A DNA stretch of 59,534 bases, counting the filler. It is 7 parts of 7 records of this genome, joined end to end, with 100 filler letters (N's around TTAATTAATTAA, not from the genome) between each part and the next. Parts side by side here need not be neighbours in the genome. Positions count along the whole stretch, not along the records: positions 39,487 to 52,457 come from SRR31156797_21586; positions 52,558 to 59,534 come from SRR31156797_21597; 5 more parts are not named here. One strand, 5' to 3'. The translations under genes were made by a program, and so were the position numbers. The notes beneath the pieces were generated by a model. That model was not told the origin of the DNA and searched no databases. It worked only from the letters and a program-made list of their open reading frames with translations. Shown in pieces: positions 51,079 to 59,534 of the stretch; within the stretch, counting starts at the first letter, position 1; each line of letters begins with the position of its first letter.

Positions 51079-51146
51079 GTTATTGGTGGATTAGGTAATT
51101 GAGTTAATTAGTTAGTTAAAAAGTTAAAAATGTGATTTAATAAGAA

Positions 51147-51234
51147 GATAATCCTGAAGGGATTAAACCACTTTAGCCACGGGTAAACGTCTTTGCTCAT
51201 TTGAGCGCAGCGAAAATGAGAGTGCCACCCAAGG
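51147..51234 (+). repeat. 88-bp REP-like dispersed repeat, copy 2 (partial third copy at 51407-51426)
   Basis: GATAATCCTGAAGGGATTAAA...GTGCCACCCAAGG. Confidence 0.9.
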
Positions 51235-51829
51235 GAAATAAAAGAATCCATTTTAAAACACATACCAACAAGGCACAAAAAACACCATGAAACCAAAAGG
51301 AACAAAATGTTTATAAGTTTTTAAGTTAGTAAGTTGTTAGGTTGATTGAGTAATTGAGTTAATTAGGCTATTTAGTTGAAAGTTGAGCGTATAATTTAGC
51401 ATGATAATAATCCTGAAGGGATTAAATATCTATAATTACAGGCGAAGCCTGTGGTATAAAGCGTTGCGTAAAATTCGTCGCACAATAAACAAAATCGGAG
51501 ACGAACACTTTACATCGGCGAAATCTGTTAACTATATCAATCGAAGTGTTTCTTCTCCCTGAGGGAAAATTCTGCATTTTTTTCAGTCACGGCGTGACTG
51601 CCTCTCAACTTTACTGAAAACATTGCAATTACTACCTTTGATGACCAAATCACACCGTTACTACCTCTCTGGCGCGCGCCACATTGTCAGGAGTACCGCC
51701 ACTCAGCCAAGCCATTTTGTCCGATTATCGCATTGGCATTTCATTTGAAATATTGTAGATGAAAACCTTAAAATAAAAAAACCTAACCGGGCTGGAGACG
51801 GCCCGGGTAAAAAAGAAAGGAGTACTATT

Positions 51830-52273
51830 ATGTTAGCAAGAAGAAATGAAATGTTTCCGGCGTTTTCGAGAATCTTTGGTGATTTCTTTGACAAAGAACT
51901 CACAGATTGGTCGAACAACAACTACTCAGCAACTAATACAACGTTGCCAGCAGTAAACGTAAAAGATGAAGAGGATAAGTTTGTGGTTGAAGTGGCTGTT
52001 CCGGGGATGGACAAGAAAGACTTCAACATTGACGTAAAAGACAACATACTTACCATTTCATCTGAAAGAAAAAATGAAAAGAAAGTGGACGAAGACAACT
52101 ACACTCGCAGAGAGTACAGTTACCAATCGTTCAGCCGAACCTTTACACTACCTGAAAATGTGGTGGATTCGGACAAAATCTCAGCCAAGTACGAGAATGG
52201 AGAGTTGCGCATCAATATTCCAAAACGTGAAGAGGCAAAACCCAAACCACCTCGTACTATCAAGATCTCATAA
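51830..52273 (+). CDS. Hsp20/alpha-crystallin small heat shock protein
   Basis: PAVNV, VAVPGM.K, RREYSYQSFSRTFTLP, AKYENGEL. Confidence 0.97.
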   Translation: MLARRNEMFPAFSRIFGDFFDKELTDWSNNNYSATNTTLPAVNVKDEEDKFVVEVAVPGMDKKDFNIDVKDNILTISSERKNEKKVDEDNYTRREYSYQSFSRTFTLPENVVDSDKISAKYENGELRINIPKREEAKPKPPRTIKIS

Positions 52274-52317
52274 CACTTAGTTTTTAAAAAGAAGTGCTCC
52301 ACAAATTTGAAAACTAC

Positions 52318-52457
52318 GTCATTGCGAGGAGCACTTATCACCTGGGTTTAAAGCAATAAATATGATAACCCTAAGGAGATAAACGAAAATTCGGCGACGA
52401 AGCAATCTTTTTCAAAAATTACGAACGAGATTGCTTCTCCCGATTTCATCGGGATCG
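52318..52457. repeat. Palindromic dispersed repeat (GTCATTGCGAG/GAAGCAATCT type), cut by contig end
   Basis: GTCATTGCGAG, GAAGCAATCT...AGATTGCTTC inverted pair, TCCCGAT-TTC-ATCGGGA hairpin. Confidence 0.75.
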
Positions 52458-52557
52458 NNNNNNNNNNNNNNNNNNNNNNNNNNNNNNNNNNNNNNNNNNN
52501 NTTAATTAATTAANNNNNNNNNNNNNNNNNNNNNNNNNNNNNNNNNNNNNNNNNNNN
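52458..52557. other. Artificial contig linker
   Basis: N run with TTAATTAATTAA. Confidence 0.98.
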
Positions 52558-52564
52558 GCGACGT

Positions 52565-52966
52565 GTGGATTTTTTTTTAGGAAGTATTCTCTTCCTGTCG
52601 GTATTTATCAGCATGTTTTATTTTGAAGACGACGTTCTACTGCTCAAGCTGTTTTTCTTCTACCTGGCCGGGACTTTTGTAACCATGATTTTTTTCTTTT
52701 CAGGGCTTTCCAAGGCCCTGGCCGACTCACTGCCGTACCCTAATGATTGGCTCATCATTGCTTTCATAATCATTTATCAGGTATACGCCCGCAGCTTGAG
52801 CCGCGACTCCGCCGACCTGCGGAAAAAATACAGGACAAGCCTTATTTTGGGAATAGTTCCGCCGTTTTTGATCTGTCCGATATTTAAATTTTTCCTATTG
52901 GTGCCAATGCCGACCGAAGGCCTGGTCACGACCGTGTTGGAAGCTGTTTGGTATTGGGATTTTTAA
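52565..52966 (+). CDS. tctB: Tripartite tricarboxylate transporter small subunit (TctB-like), 5'-truncated
   Basis: Multi-TM, C-terminal IFKFFLLVPMP.EG; upstream of TctA. Confidence 0.65.
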   Translation: MDFFLGSILFLSVFISMFYFEDDVLLLKLFFFYLAGTFVTMIFFFSGLSKALADSLPYPNDWLIIAFIIIYQVYARSLSRDSADLRKKYRTSLILGIVPPFLICPIFKFFLLVPMPTEGLVTTVLEAVWYWDF

Positions 52967-52992
52967 TATGGTTATAAGGAACGGATATACCC

Positions 52993-54561
52993 ATGTTACT
53001 GCTTGAACGAATTGGGACCTTCTTCACCATAGTCCTTAATATTGCCTCTGACCCGGTAAATATTGCCATTCTTTTCGGCTCCGTGCTCCTGGGCATTATA
53101 TTCGGGGCCATGCCCGGCCTGACCTCGACTCTCGGAGTGGCCCTTCTTACGGCCTTGACCTATGGCATGGATACATCAACAGCCATGGTCTGCCTCCTGG
53201 CCATATACGTGGGAGGTACATACGGCGGTTCTTATGCTTCCATTTTGATAAACATACCGGGAACCGCGGCCGCCGCAGCCACGGCCCTGGACGGGTACCC
53301 GCTGGCCCTTAAAGGCGAAGCCGGACGCGCCATCGGGTTGACCACAACCGCTTCGGCCATCGGCACGACCATAAGCATGATCTTTGTGGTCAGCATTTCC
53401 CCGATTATCTCAGCCTTTGCCCTGCAATTTACTTCGTTCGAATTTTTCCTCCTGGCTTTCTTCGGCATACTTATCAGCGGCACTCTGACCAGCCCGGACC
53501 TAGTCATAAAGGGCTGGATATCAGGCTTCCTCGGTTTGTTTTTGGCCTGCGTCGGCCGGGACCTGTTACAGTTTTACCCCAGGTTCACTTTTGGTTTTTC
53601 ACAGCTCGACAGCGGCATAGAAGTTGTGCCGGTCCTTATCGGCGCGTTTGGCATCCCGCAGATTATCCAGGTGCTTAAAGATAAAACCCGGGTCGGCGAG
53701 GTGCAGAAGCTGCAGAGGATCATACCCGAATTCGGATCTATTATCCGCAATATACCGGCTATTATCCGTTCGGCCCTTATTGGCGTCGGGATCGGCGCTG
53801 TACCAGGCATCGGCGAGGATATTGCCGGGTGGGTGTCATACGGCACGGCTAAAAACACTTCCAAACACCCGGAAACATTCGGCAAGGGCGAGCTAAAAGG
53901 CGTTCTGGCCAGTGAAACCGCCAATAACGCCTGCGTCGGAGGCGCCCAGATTCCCCTGCTTAACCTGGGCATACCGGGCAGCCCGCCCGCGGCCATGCTC
54001 CTGGGCGCCCTCATGCTGCACGGGGTCACCCCCGGGCCGATGATCACATTTGAACATCCGACCTTTATTTCGGAAGTGGCCGGCATTCTGCTGTTGGCTT
54101 CCTGCGCCATGTGGGTCACCGGAATGCTGCTGGCCAAGCAGGTGGTGAAGGTGCTGCGGATACCTCCGCAGATTTTTATGCCCATCATCGGCATGCTCTG
54201 CATCATCGGTTCATATTCCCTGGGATTGAATGTTTTTAATCTCTACCTGATGCTGCCCGTGGGCATTATCTGCTATTTCCTGACAGTAATGGGCTATCCA
54301 ATCGCTCCTCTGGTCATCGGCGTGATTCTCGGCCCCATGGCCGACGAAAACCTGCGCCGGGCCCTGATGGTGTCTCAGGGAAGCTTTATGCCGGTTTTCA
54401 CCCGGCCCGTTTCCCTGATCCTTTTTCTGATCATAGTCTGGACAGTGATCAGTCAGTTTCAGTTTTACAAGAATTTTAAAAACAATGTGGTCGGCCGGTT
54501 CCGTAACAGGAAATCGCGCCGGGCCGCCATGGAAGAAAATAAGCCCGCCGATAATGAATAA
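52993..54561 (+). CDS. tctA: Tripartite tricarboxylate transporter permease
   Basis: GAMPGL, YGGS..SILINIPGT, ETANNA, LGIPGS. Confidence 0.95.
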   Translation: MLLLERIGTFFTIVLNIASDPVNIAILFGSVLLGIIFGAMPGLTSTLGVALLTALTYGMDTSTAMVCLLAIYVGGTYGGSYASILINIPGTAAAAATALDGYPLALKGEAGRAIGLTTTASAIGTTISMIFVVSISPIISAFALQFTSFEFFLLAFFGILISGTLTSPDLVIKGWISGFLGLFLACVGRDLLQFYPRFTFGFSQLDSGIEVVPVLIGAFGIPQIIQVLKDKTRVGEVQKLQRIIPEFGSIIRNIPAIIRSALIGVGIGAVPGIGEDIAGWVSYGTAKNTSKHPETFGKGELKGVLASETANNACVGGAQIPLLNLGIPGSPPAAMLLGALMLHGVTPGPMITFEHPTFISEVAGILLLASCAMWVTGMLLAKQVVKVLRIPPQIFMPIIGMLCIIGSYSLGLNVFNLYLMLPVGIICYFLTVMGYPIAPLVIGVILGPMADENLRRALMVSQGSFMPVFTRPVSLILFLIIVWTVISQFQFYKNFKNNVVGRFRNRKSRRAAMEENKPADNE

Positions 54562-54610
54562 GAATTCGGCGCCGGCGACAGCGACCAGTAAGTAAATAGG
54601 GGAGTAGATT

Positions 54611-55576
54611 ATGCTGAAAATGGGTATTATTACGGGATTCCTTTCAAAGACCAAGGACCGTTTCCACGAATATAACCAGCCGCTTGAATTGGAAGAAAAA
54701 TTTTCCCTGATGACCGAAATCGAAGGCTACGATGGAGTGGAAATAGTTTATCCCTATGAAGTCTCCGATCCGGCCTCGACCAGGAAGCTGTTGGATCGTT
54801 ATAAATTGAATGTCGCGGCCGTGAATGTAAACGTCAAGGCCGAACCCGAATTTCGCAACGGCGGCTTGACCTCAAACAAGAAAGAAGTGCGGGAGAAGGC
54901 TGTGCGCTTCATAAAGGAAGCCAAGGATTTCGCTGCTGCGGTCGGCGCCGACAAAGTGACCTGCTGTCCATTGGGCGACGGGTACGAATTCTCATTCCAG
55001 CACGACTACGGCCAAACCTGGAAATACCTTGCGGACGCCTTTGGGGAAGCCGGCGGTTATAAAACCGAAATCCCGCTGTTTATTGAATACAAGCCAAGCG
55101 AAACCCGGGGCCGCTGCTTTATCGATTCCGCCGCCAAAACACTCTGCCTGCTCAACGACATTAAGGTTCCTCAAATGGGCGTAACCCTGGATTTCGGCCA
55201 TTCAATCTACGGAGGGGAGCATCCTCCGGAAGCCGTTGTGCTTTTGGCCGAAAGCCCTTACCAATACTACATCCATATAAACGACAACGACGGAAAATGG
55301 GATTGGGATTATTTCTGCGGAACCAAGCATTTTCTCGATTACGTTGAATTCCTTTTTTATCTTAAAAAATACGGCTACCAGGACTATCTGACTTCGGATA
55401 CTTCCCCGACCCGCTGGGACATCAAGGGGACTTTTGAAGCAAACAGCCGATTGACCAATAAAATATGGCAAAAACTCGATTCCATTGGAACCGGCGACCT
55501 GGAAAAGCTGATGGCCGAAGCCGATTACCTGGAAACCTGGAAATATATTGAAGAAAACATTTTTGGCCTCAAGTAG
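54611..55576 (+). CDS. Sugar phosphate isomerase/epimerase (xylose isomerase-like TIM barrel)
   Basis: IEYKP.E, TLDFGH, HINDND..WDWD metal ligands. Confidence 0.88.
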   Translation: MLKMGIITGFLSKTKDRFHEYNQPLELEEKFSLMTEIEGYDGVEIVYPYEVSDPASTRKLLDRYKLNVAAVNVNVKAEPEFRNGGLTSNKKEVREKAVRFIKEAKDFAAAVGADKVTCCPLGDGYEFSFQHDYGQTWKYLADAFGEAGGYKTEIPLFIEYKPSETRGRCFIDSAAKTLCLLNDIKVPQMGVTLDFGHSIYGGEHPPEAVVLLAESPYQYYIHINDNDGKWDWDYFCGTKHFLDYVEFLFYLKKYGYQDYLTSDTSPTRWDIKGTFEANSRLTNKIWQKLDSIGTGDLEKLMAEADYLETWKYIEENIFGLK

Positions 55577-55620
55577 TCCCTAAAAGAAATAAGTACAATA
55601 AACAGGATAAAGCTCTAATC

Positions 55621-57033
55621 ATGAACCAAGCATCTATTGAAAACAGAGCAATACTGGATAAACTGCCGCCTGAATGGCCTGAAGAACTCTTGCCTTCTAT
55701 TTCAGAGCAGGTGCGTTCTTCCAATTGCAAAATAGCGGTCCTGGATGACGATCCCACGGGAACCCAGACCGTACACGGAATTCCTGTCCTGACTACCTGG
55801 TCCGTAGACGAACTGGCCGTGGAACTGAAAAATGAGCACCCTGTCTTTTTTATGCTTACCAATTCCCGAAGCCTGAATCATGAAGATGCTTGCGCGATGA
55901 ACAGGGAAATCGGGGCCAATCTTAAAACAGCGGCGCGTCAAACCGGCGTCCGGGTCGAAGTGGTGAGTCGTAGCGATTCGACCCTTAGGGGCCATTTCCC
56001 CGGCGAAGTTGACGCTTTGCGGGATGTTATGGAACTCAATGACAATCCCTGCCTGGTCATACCTTTTTTTCTGGAAGGGGGGCGCATGACCATTGACGAT
56101 ATCCACTATGTTGTTGAGGAAGATCGCCTTGTTCCCGCCGCTCAAACCCCTTATGCCCGGGATGAAGTTTTCGGCTACCGGCACTCGAATCTGCGCCGTT
56201 GGGTCGAAGAAAAAACCAAGGGCTGGGCCTTGGCCGATAATGTAGCGTCCGTATCCTTGGATGATCTGAGGCGACATGGACCCGACCGGGTCACAGGAAT
56301 TCTTAGCGGTTTGCCGGACAGATCATACTGCATTGTCAACGCGGTGTCATATCGAGATTTGGAAGTTTTGGTTTCAGGGCTTTTAAAGGCGGAAAGCCAG
56401 GGACGACGTTTTGTATATCGAACCGCGGCTTCTTTTGTTCGTGTTCGGGCCGGAATTCAACCAAGAGGACTATTAAGTCGCCGGGAATTGGCAACCGAGC
56501 ATTCGGGCGGCGGTTTGTTTGTGGTCGGTTCCTACGTGCCAAAAACAACTATTCAGCTTGAAACATTGTTTACCAAAACAGATGCGGCCAAAGTGAAAAT
56601 CAATGTGCTTGAACTGCTCGACGACTCCACGCGAGAACGGGAAATAGAACGCGCATCCCGGGAGGTTATTAAATATCTGGAACGGGGCGACGATGCGGTT
56701 CTTTTCACCACCCGCAATCTGGTCAAGGGTAGAAGCGCCGACCATAGCCTGGAAATAGGAAAGCAGGTCTCTGACAGTTTGATCAGCGTGGTGAAAAGTA
56801 TCAGCGTCCGGCCGCGATTCCTGGCCGCCAAGGGCGGCATCACTTCCAGCGATGTGGCTACGAAGGGGTTGGAATGCCGCAGATCCATGGTTATGGGACA
56901 AATACTGCCCGGCGTGCCGGTCTGGAGGTTAGGCCCGGAAACCAGGCATCCCGGTATGCCTTATATCGTTTTTCCGGGGAATGTCGGAGACAACGAGGCC
57001 CTGGTATCCATTAAAAGGTTGTTTGAAAAATAA
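55621..57033 (+). CDS. Four-carbon acid sugar kinase family (DUF1537)
   Basis: VLDDDPTGTQ, TNSRS, RSDSTLRGH, VGSYVPKT, AKGGITSSD, FPGNVG. Confidence 0.93.
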   Translation: MNQASIENRAILDKLPPEWPEELLPSISEQVRSSNCKIAVLDDDPTGTQTVHGIPVLTTWSVDELAVELKNEHPVFFMLTNSRSLNHEDACAMNREIGANLKTAARQTGVRVEVVSRSDSTLRGHFPGEVDALRDVMELNDNPCLVIPFFLEGGRMTIDDIHYVVEEDRLVPAAQTPYARDEVFGYRHSNLRRWVEEKTKGWALADNVASVSLDDLRRHGPDRVTGILSGLPDRSYCIVNAVSYRDLEVLVSGLLKAESQGRRFVYRTAASFVRVRAGIQPRGLLSRRELATEHSGGGLFVVGSYVPKTTIQLETLFTKTDAAKVKINVLELLDDSTREREIERASREVIKYLERGDDAVLFTTRNLVKGRSADHSLEIGKQVSDSLISVVKSISVRPRFLAAKGGITSSDVATKGLECRRSMVMGQILPGVPVWRLGPETRHPGMPYIVFPGNVGDNEALVSIKRLFEK

Positions 57034-57129
57034 ACAGCGCTTTTTTCTGCAATATTAATTAGGCAAGGCAACTATTTTCAGGGGATTTACTCGTCTGAAT
57101 CCCTTCTAATTCCTCAAAGGAGGCTTTTT

Positions 57130-57984
57130 ATGAATCAGGAAAAACATACAGTTAAAACAATTCAGGAAATGAAAGACAAAGGTGAAATATTCACCATGCT
57201 CACGGCTTATGATTATCCAACGGCCAAACAGATTAACGACGCCGGCATCGATATGATCCTGGTGGGCGATTCCTGCGCCATGGTCGTTCACGGACATCCC
57301 AACACCCTGACCGCGACCATGGACATGATGGTTCTCCACTGCGCCGCGGTGGCTCGAGCCTGTACAAGAACGATGGTTGTCGCCGACATGCCTTTCGGCT
57401 CATTTCAATACAGCGTGGAAGACACCATGCGAAACGCGGCCCGCTTTGTAACGGAAGCAAAGGTCGACGCCGTCAAATTCGAGGCAACCCCGAACCATAT
57501 TGAAAAAACCAGGGCCATTGTCGAAATGGGCATCGCCGTGGTCGGCCATGTAGGATTGCATCCCCAGGCTATCGGGGTTCTCGGGGGAATGTCCGTTCAA
57601 GGAAAAACAATTGAGACGGCCAGAAAAGTAGTCACGGAAGCCCTGGCCCTCCAGGAAGCCGGGGCCTTTGCCATTATTTTTGAAGCAGTGCCAGCCAAGC
57701 TGTCCGCCTATGTCACTAAAAAGCTGGATATCCCGACCATCAGCATCGGCGGCGGCCCCGGCTGTTCGGGACAGCTTCTGGTAACCCCGGACGTTCTAGG
57801 TATGTTTGACGCCTTTATGCCCAGCTTTGCCAAAAAGTACCAGAACTTCAATCAACTGATGAAAGATGCCTTCAAGCAATACGATCATGAAGTGCGCACC
57901 GGTGTTTTTCCAGCTGAAGAACACTGCTATAAAATGTCCGATGAAATAATGCAGGCCGTGGAAGATGAGTTCGGTAAGGTCTGA
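57130..57984 (+). CDS. panB: 3-methyl-2-oxobutanoate hydroxymethyltransferase
   Basis: LTAYD, LVGDS, ADMPFGS, GHVGLHPQ, GQLLV.PDVLG. Confidence 0.92.
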   Translation: MNQEKHTVKTIQEMKDKGEIFTMLTAYDYPTAKQINDAGIDMILVGDSCAMVVHGHPNTLTATMDMMVLHCAAVARACTRTMVVADMPFGSFQYSVEDTMRNAARFVTEAKVDAVKFEATPNHIEKTRAIVEMGIAVVGHVGLHPQAIGVLGGMSVQGKTIETARKVVTEALALQEAGAFAIIFEAVPAKLSAYVTKKLDIPTISIGGGPGCSGQLLVTPDVLGMFDAFMPSFAKKYQNFNQLMKDAFKQYDHEVRTGVFPAEEHCYKMSDEIMQAVEDEFGKV

Positions 57985-58012
57985 TTTTAACTCCCCCGCT
58001 TAGCCGCCTCCG

Positions 58013-58052
58013 ACCCCGGAAATGATTTTTATCTATCATCCCGGGGTTGTTT
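58013..58052 (+). terminator. Probable terminator after panB
   Basis: ACCCCGGA..TGAT...ATCA.TCCCGGGGT then TGTTT. Confidence 0.55.
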
Positions 58053-58185
58053 AAATTATCCTCACTGCTTATGCGGTTTTTGATTGACAGATTTTGAAAA
58101 TCACGAGTCATCCCTCTTAATAAATGGCCTTGAATAAGCAGTGGCTGAATAATTAAACCCGCCTGATGAGTTTGATTAATATAAA

Positions 58186-58223
58186 ACCCTTGCCCGGGGT
58201 CCCGGGCAGGGCATTTCTTTTTT
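58186..58223. terminator. Probable terminator hairpin downstream of GNAT gene
   Basis: CCTTGCCCGGG-GT-CCCGGGCAGGG with flanking A and T runs. Confidence 0.6.
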
Positions 58224-58240
58224 AAAAATACTGTCGACGA

Positions 58241-58903
58241 TTATAGCTCTCGGCTTAACGACCTTATCCCCGGGCAGGCATAGGCGGCCTCAAATTCAGG
58301 ATGCCGCTTTTCCCCGGTAACCTGAAAACCGTGCTTTTCATATGCCTTCTGGGCCGGATCGTTGCCGATCAAAACCGCAATGTCGGCTATCTCCGCCCCG
58401 AGTTCCCTGCCTTTGTTCAAAACCTCGGTTATCAAGGCGTCAACCAGGCCCTTCCGACGGTACTCCGGCAGCACGGCCACATTTTCTATTACCCAGGCGC
58501 CGGCTTCATGCTCAGGGGCCACAAGGACGATGGAGCCGTACCGGGCAAATGACTCCTTACTATCTTCCTTGGTGCGCCCAAACTTGATGTTGTTCTCGAT
58601 AAGCCCCAGCCGAAACGTCTCCACGTCAAGCTCGTCCGAAAAAAAACCGCTCAAGCCCGCAACCGGCTTTCCTTCAATTTCAGACACTAAAAAAGTGGAA
58701 TAGTGACTCCAGTGCCGCTGTTCGGTTAGGGTCATACTTTTCAGAAAATTCAGCACACGCTGATCGCCGCCCTCTATCATCAGGTCCCACATCCCGATCT
58801 CAAGATGCGAGCGGGCCGAAGCCAGTAGAGCCCAGGCCAGCAGGTCTGCATCGCCTTTTTCCGCAGGTCTTATTCGCATGCTCACTACACTCGCTTTCCG
58901 CAA
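58241..58903 (-). CDS. GNAT family N-acetyltransferase
   Basis: VAVLPEYRRKG motif A, NDPAQKAYEKHGF. Confidence 0.9.
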   Translation of the reverse strand: MRKASVVSMRIRPAEKGDADLLAWALLASARSHLEIGMWDLMIEGGDQRVLNFLKSMTLTEQRHWSHYSTFLVSEIEGKPVAGLSGFFSDELDVETFRLGLIENNIKFGRTKEDSKESFARYGSIVLVAPEHEAGAWVIENVAVLPEYRRKGLVDALITEVLNKGRELGAEIADIAVLIGNDPAQKAYEKHGFQVTGEKRHPEFEAAYACPGIRSLSREL

Positions 58904-58914
58904 CTAAGTTAACG

Positions 58915-59307
58915 CTATAGCCAATGAATAAATTCAACGATATTGCCGTCAGGATCGTTAATATAAATCCAGCGCTCCTTCCCCTCTATTTCCAAAGGTC
59001 CTTTGACGATTTTCAGGTTTTCTCTTTCTATCATCCTTAAAACGTCGTCCATGTCATTGGTCTGAAAGGCGAGGTGAGGGCAGTTGAGCTCATTGGATTC
59101 AACTTGCGGGATTGGCCCATGATCGGCCCACTTCAGGTTGCTTAGCAGTTCCAGGGTCCCGCAGCCAAGATCGAGAAATGCGTATTCTTCCCGCACTTCG
59201 TCATGAATGCCCTTGGATAAAAGTTTAAGGCCTAGAATGTCGCGATAAAAATGCAGCGCCTTATCCATGTTGGACACTTGCAACGCAAAATGATCCAAAG
59301 TAAACAT
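58915..59307 (-). CDS. VOC/glyoxalase family protein
   Basis: DHFAL.V, FYRDILG, LELL, HLAF, DPDGNIVE. Confidence 0.93.
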   Translation of the reverse strand: MFTLDHFALQVSNMDKALHFYRDILGLKLLSKGIHDEVREEYAFLDLGCGTLELLSNLKWADHGPIPQVESNELNCPHLAFQTNDMDDVLRMIERENLKIVKGPLEIEGKERWIYINDPDGNIVEFIHWL

Positions 59308-59450
59308 TCTTATTCTCCTTAAACAATTTCCCTATTATGAACACAATCCCCCTCCCGTCAACTCCAATTATAAAGACACCCAATATTATTTCATTTTACA
59401 TCTATTTCTGCTATAATTCGGATTCAAGGATTTTCTGTCAGGAGAATGCA

Positions 59451-59534
59451 ATGCCAATCGCTCGAAAAGAGATTGTTACTGAAGGAGCAGTAGGTGTTTA
59501 CCACTGTATCTCCCGTTGCGTCCGGCAGGCTTTT
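59451..59534 (+). mobile_element. REP-associated tyrosine transposase (RAYT-like), N-terminus cut by window end
   Basis: Manual translation MPIARKEIVTEGAVGVYHCISRCVRQAF; YHCISRCVR motif; AGGAG RBS. Confidence 0.75.

Noticed and set aside
47066-51430. Repeats as IS ends or a composite transposon
   Set aside because: Direct orientation, no transposase between them, no target-site duplication seen
8641-52557. Six identical TTAATTAATTAA motifs in N runs, and ORFs that run into them
   Set aside because: Artificial contig linkers; they are not repeats and give no evidence of linkage between segments
486-58703. Many short antisense or overlapping ORFs in the track (e.g. 9081-9545, 14346-14867, 45028-45591, 53574-54206, 55702-56277)
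   Set aside because: Shadows of well-supported genes on the other strand or frame, with no motifs
1-59534. tRNA, rRNA, reverse transcriptase or known defence operons
   Set aside because: None recognised by eye; tRNAscan, Infernal and DefenseFinder would be needed to exclude them

Overview
The window is a mosaic of seven unrelated contigs joined by 100-nt N linkers containing TTAATTAATTAA (8641-8740, 17440-17539, 23013-23112, 29409-29508, 39387-39486, 52458-52557), so nothing should be linked across a gap. (1) 1-8640: Bacteroidota ECF sigma-FecR-SusC-SusD locus plus a paralogous partial SusD; the SusC appears to lack its STN signalling domain. (2) 8741-17439: higher-GC phage contig whose terminase pair and three morphogenesis genes resemble phage P1 PacA/PacB, PmgR, gp26 and gp25 (matched from memory). 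It also has a P1-style late-operator candidate, a frameshifted NUMOD4-HNH, and a BrnA antitoxin whose BrnT toxin is deleted in frame to 21 aa. (3) 17540-23012: Bacteroidota radical SAM, pterin dehydratase, nitroreductase and a T9SS beta-helix protein. (4) 23113-29408: 2004-aa alpha-2-macroglobulin-like protein carrying an internal SusC-type CarbopepD_reg + plug module. (5) 29509-39386: 2-oxoacid dehydrogenase E1/E2, pyrD-pyrK, a promoter-and-terminator-bounded ~150-nt candidate sRNA beside an XRE regulator with repeated TACA-NN-TGTA sites, a metallophosphoesterase and a HEXXH outer-membrane protein. (6) 39487-52457: infB end, GT2, pyrC, a 2-hydroxyacid dehydrogenase, a class I GATase next to an ATP-grasp ligase fused to a metal-ligand-less M20 domain, a TonB-type receptor, Hsp20 and REP-like repeats. 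(7) 52558-59534: TctB/TctA, TIM-barrel isomerase, DUF1537 sugar-acid kinase, panB, GNAT, VOC and the start of a RAYT transposase. All family calls come from motif recognition; no searches were run.
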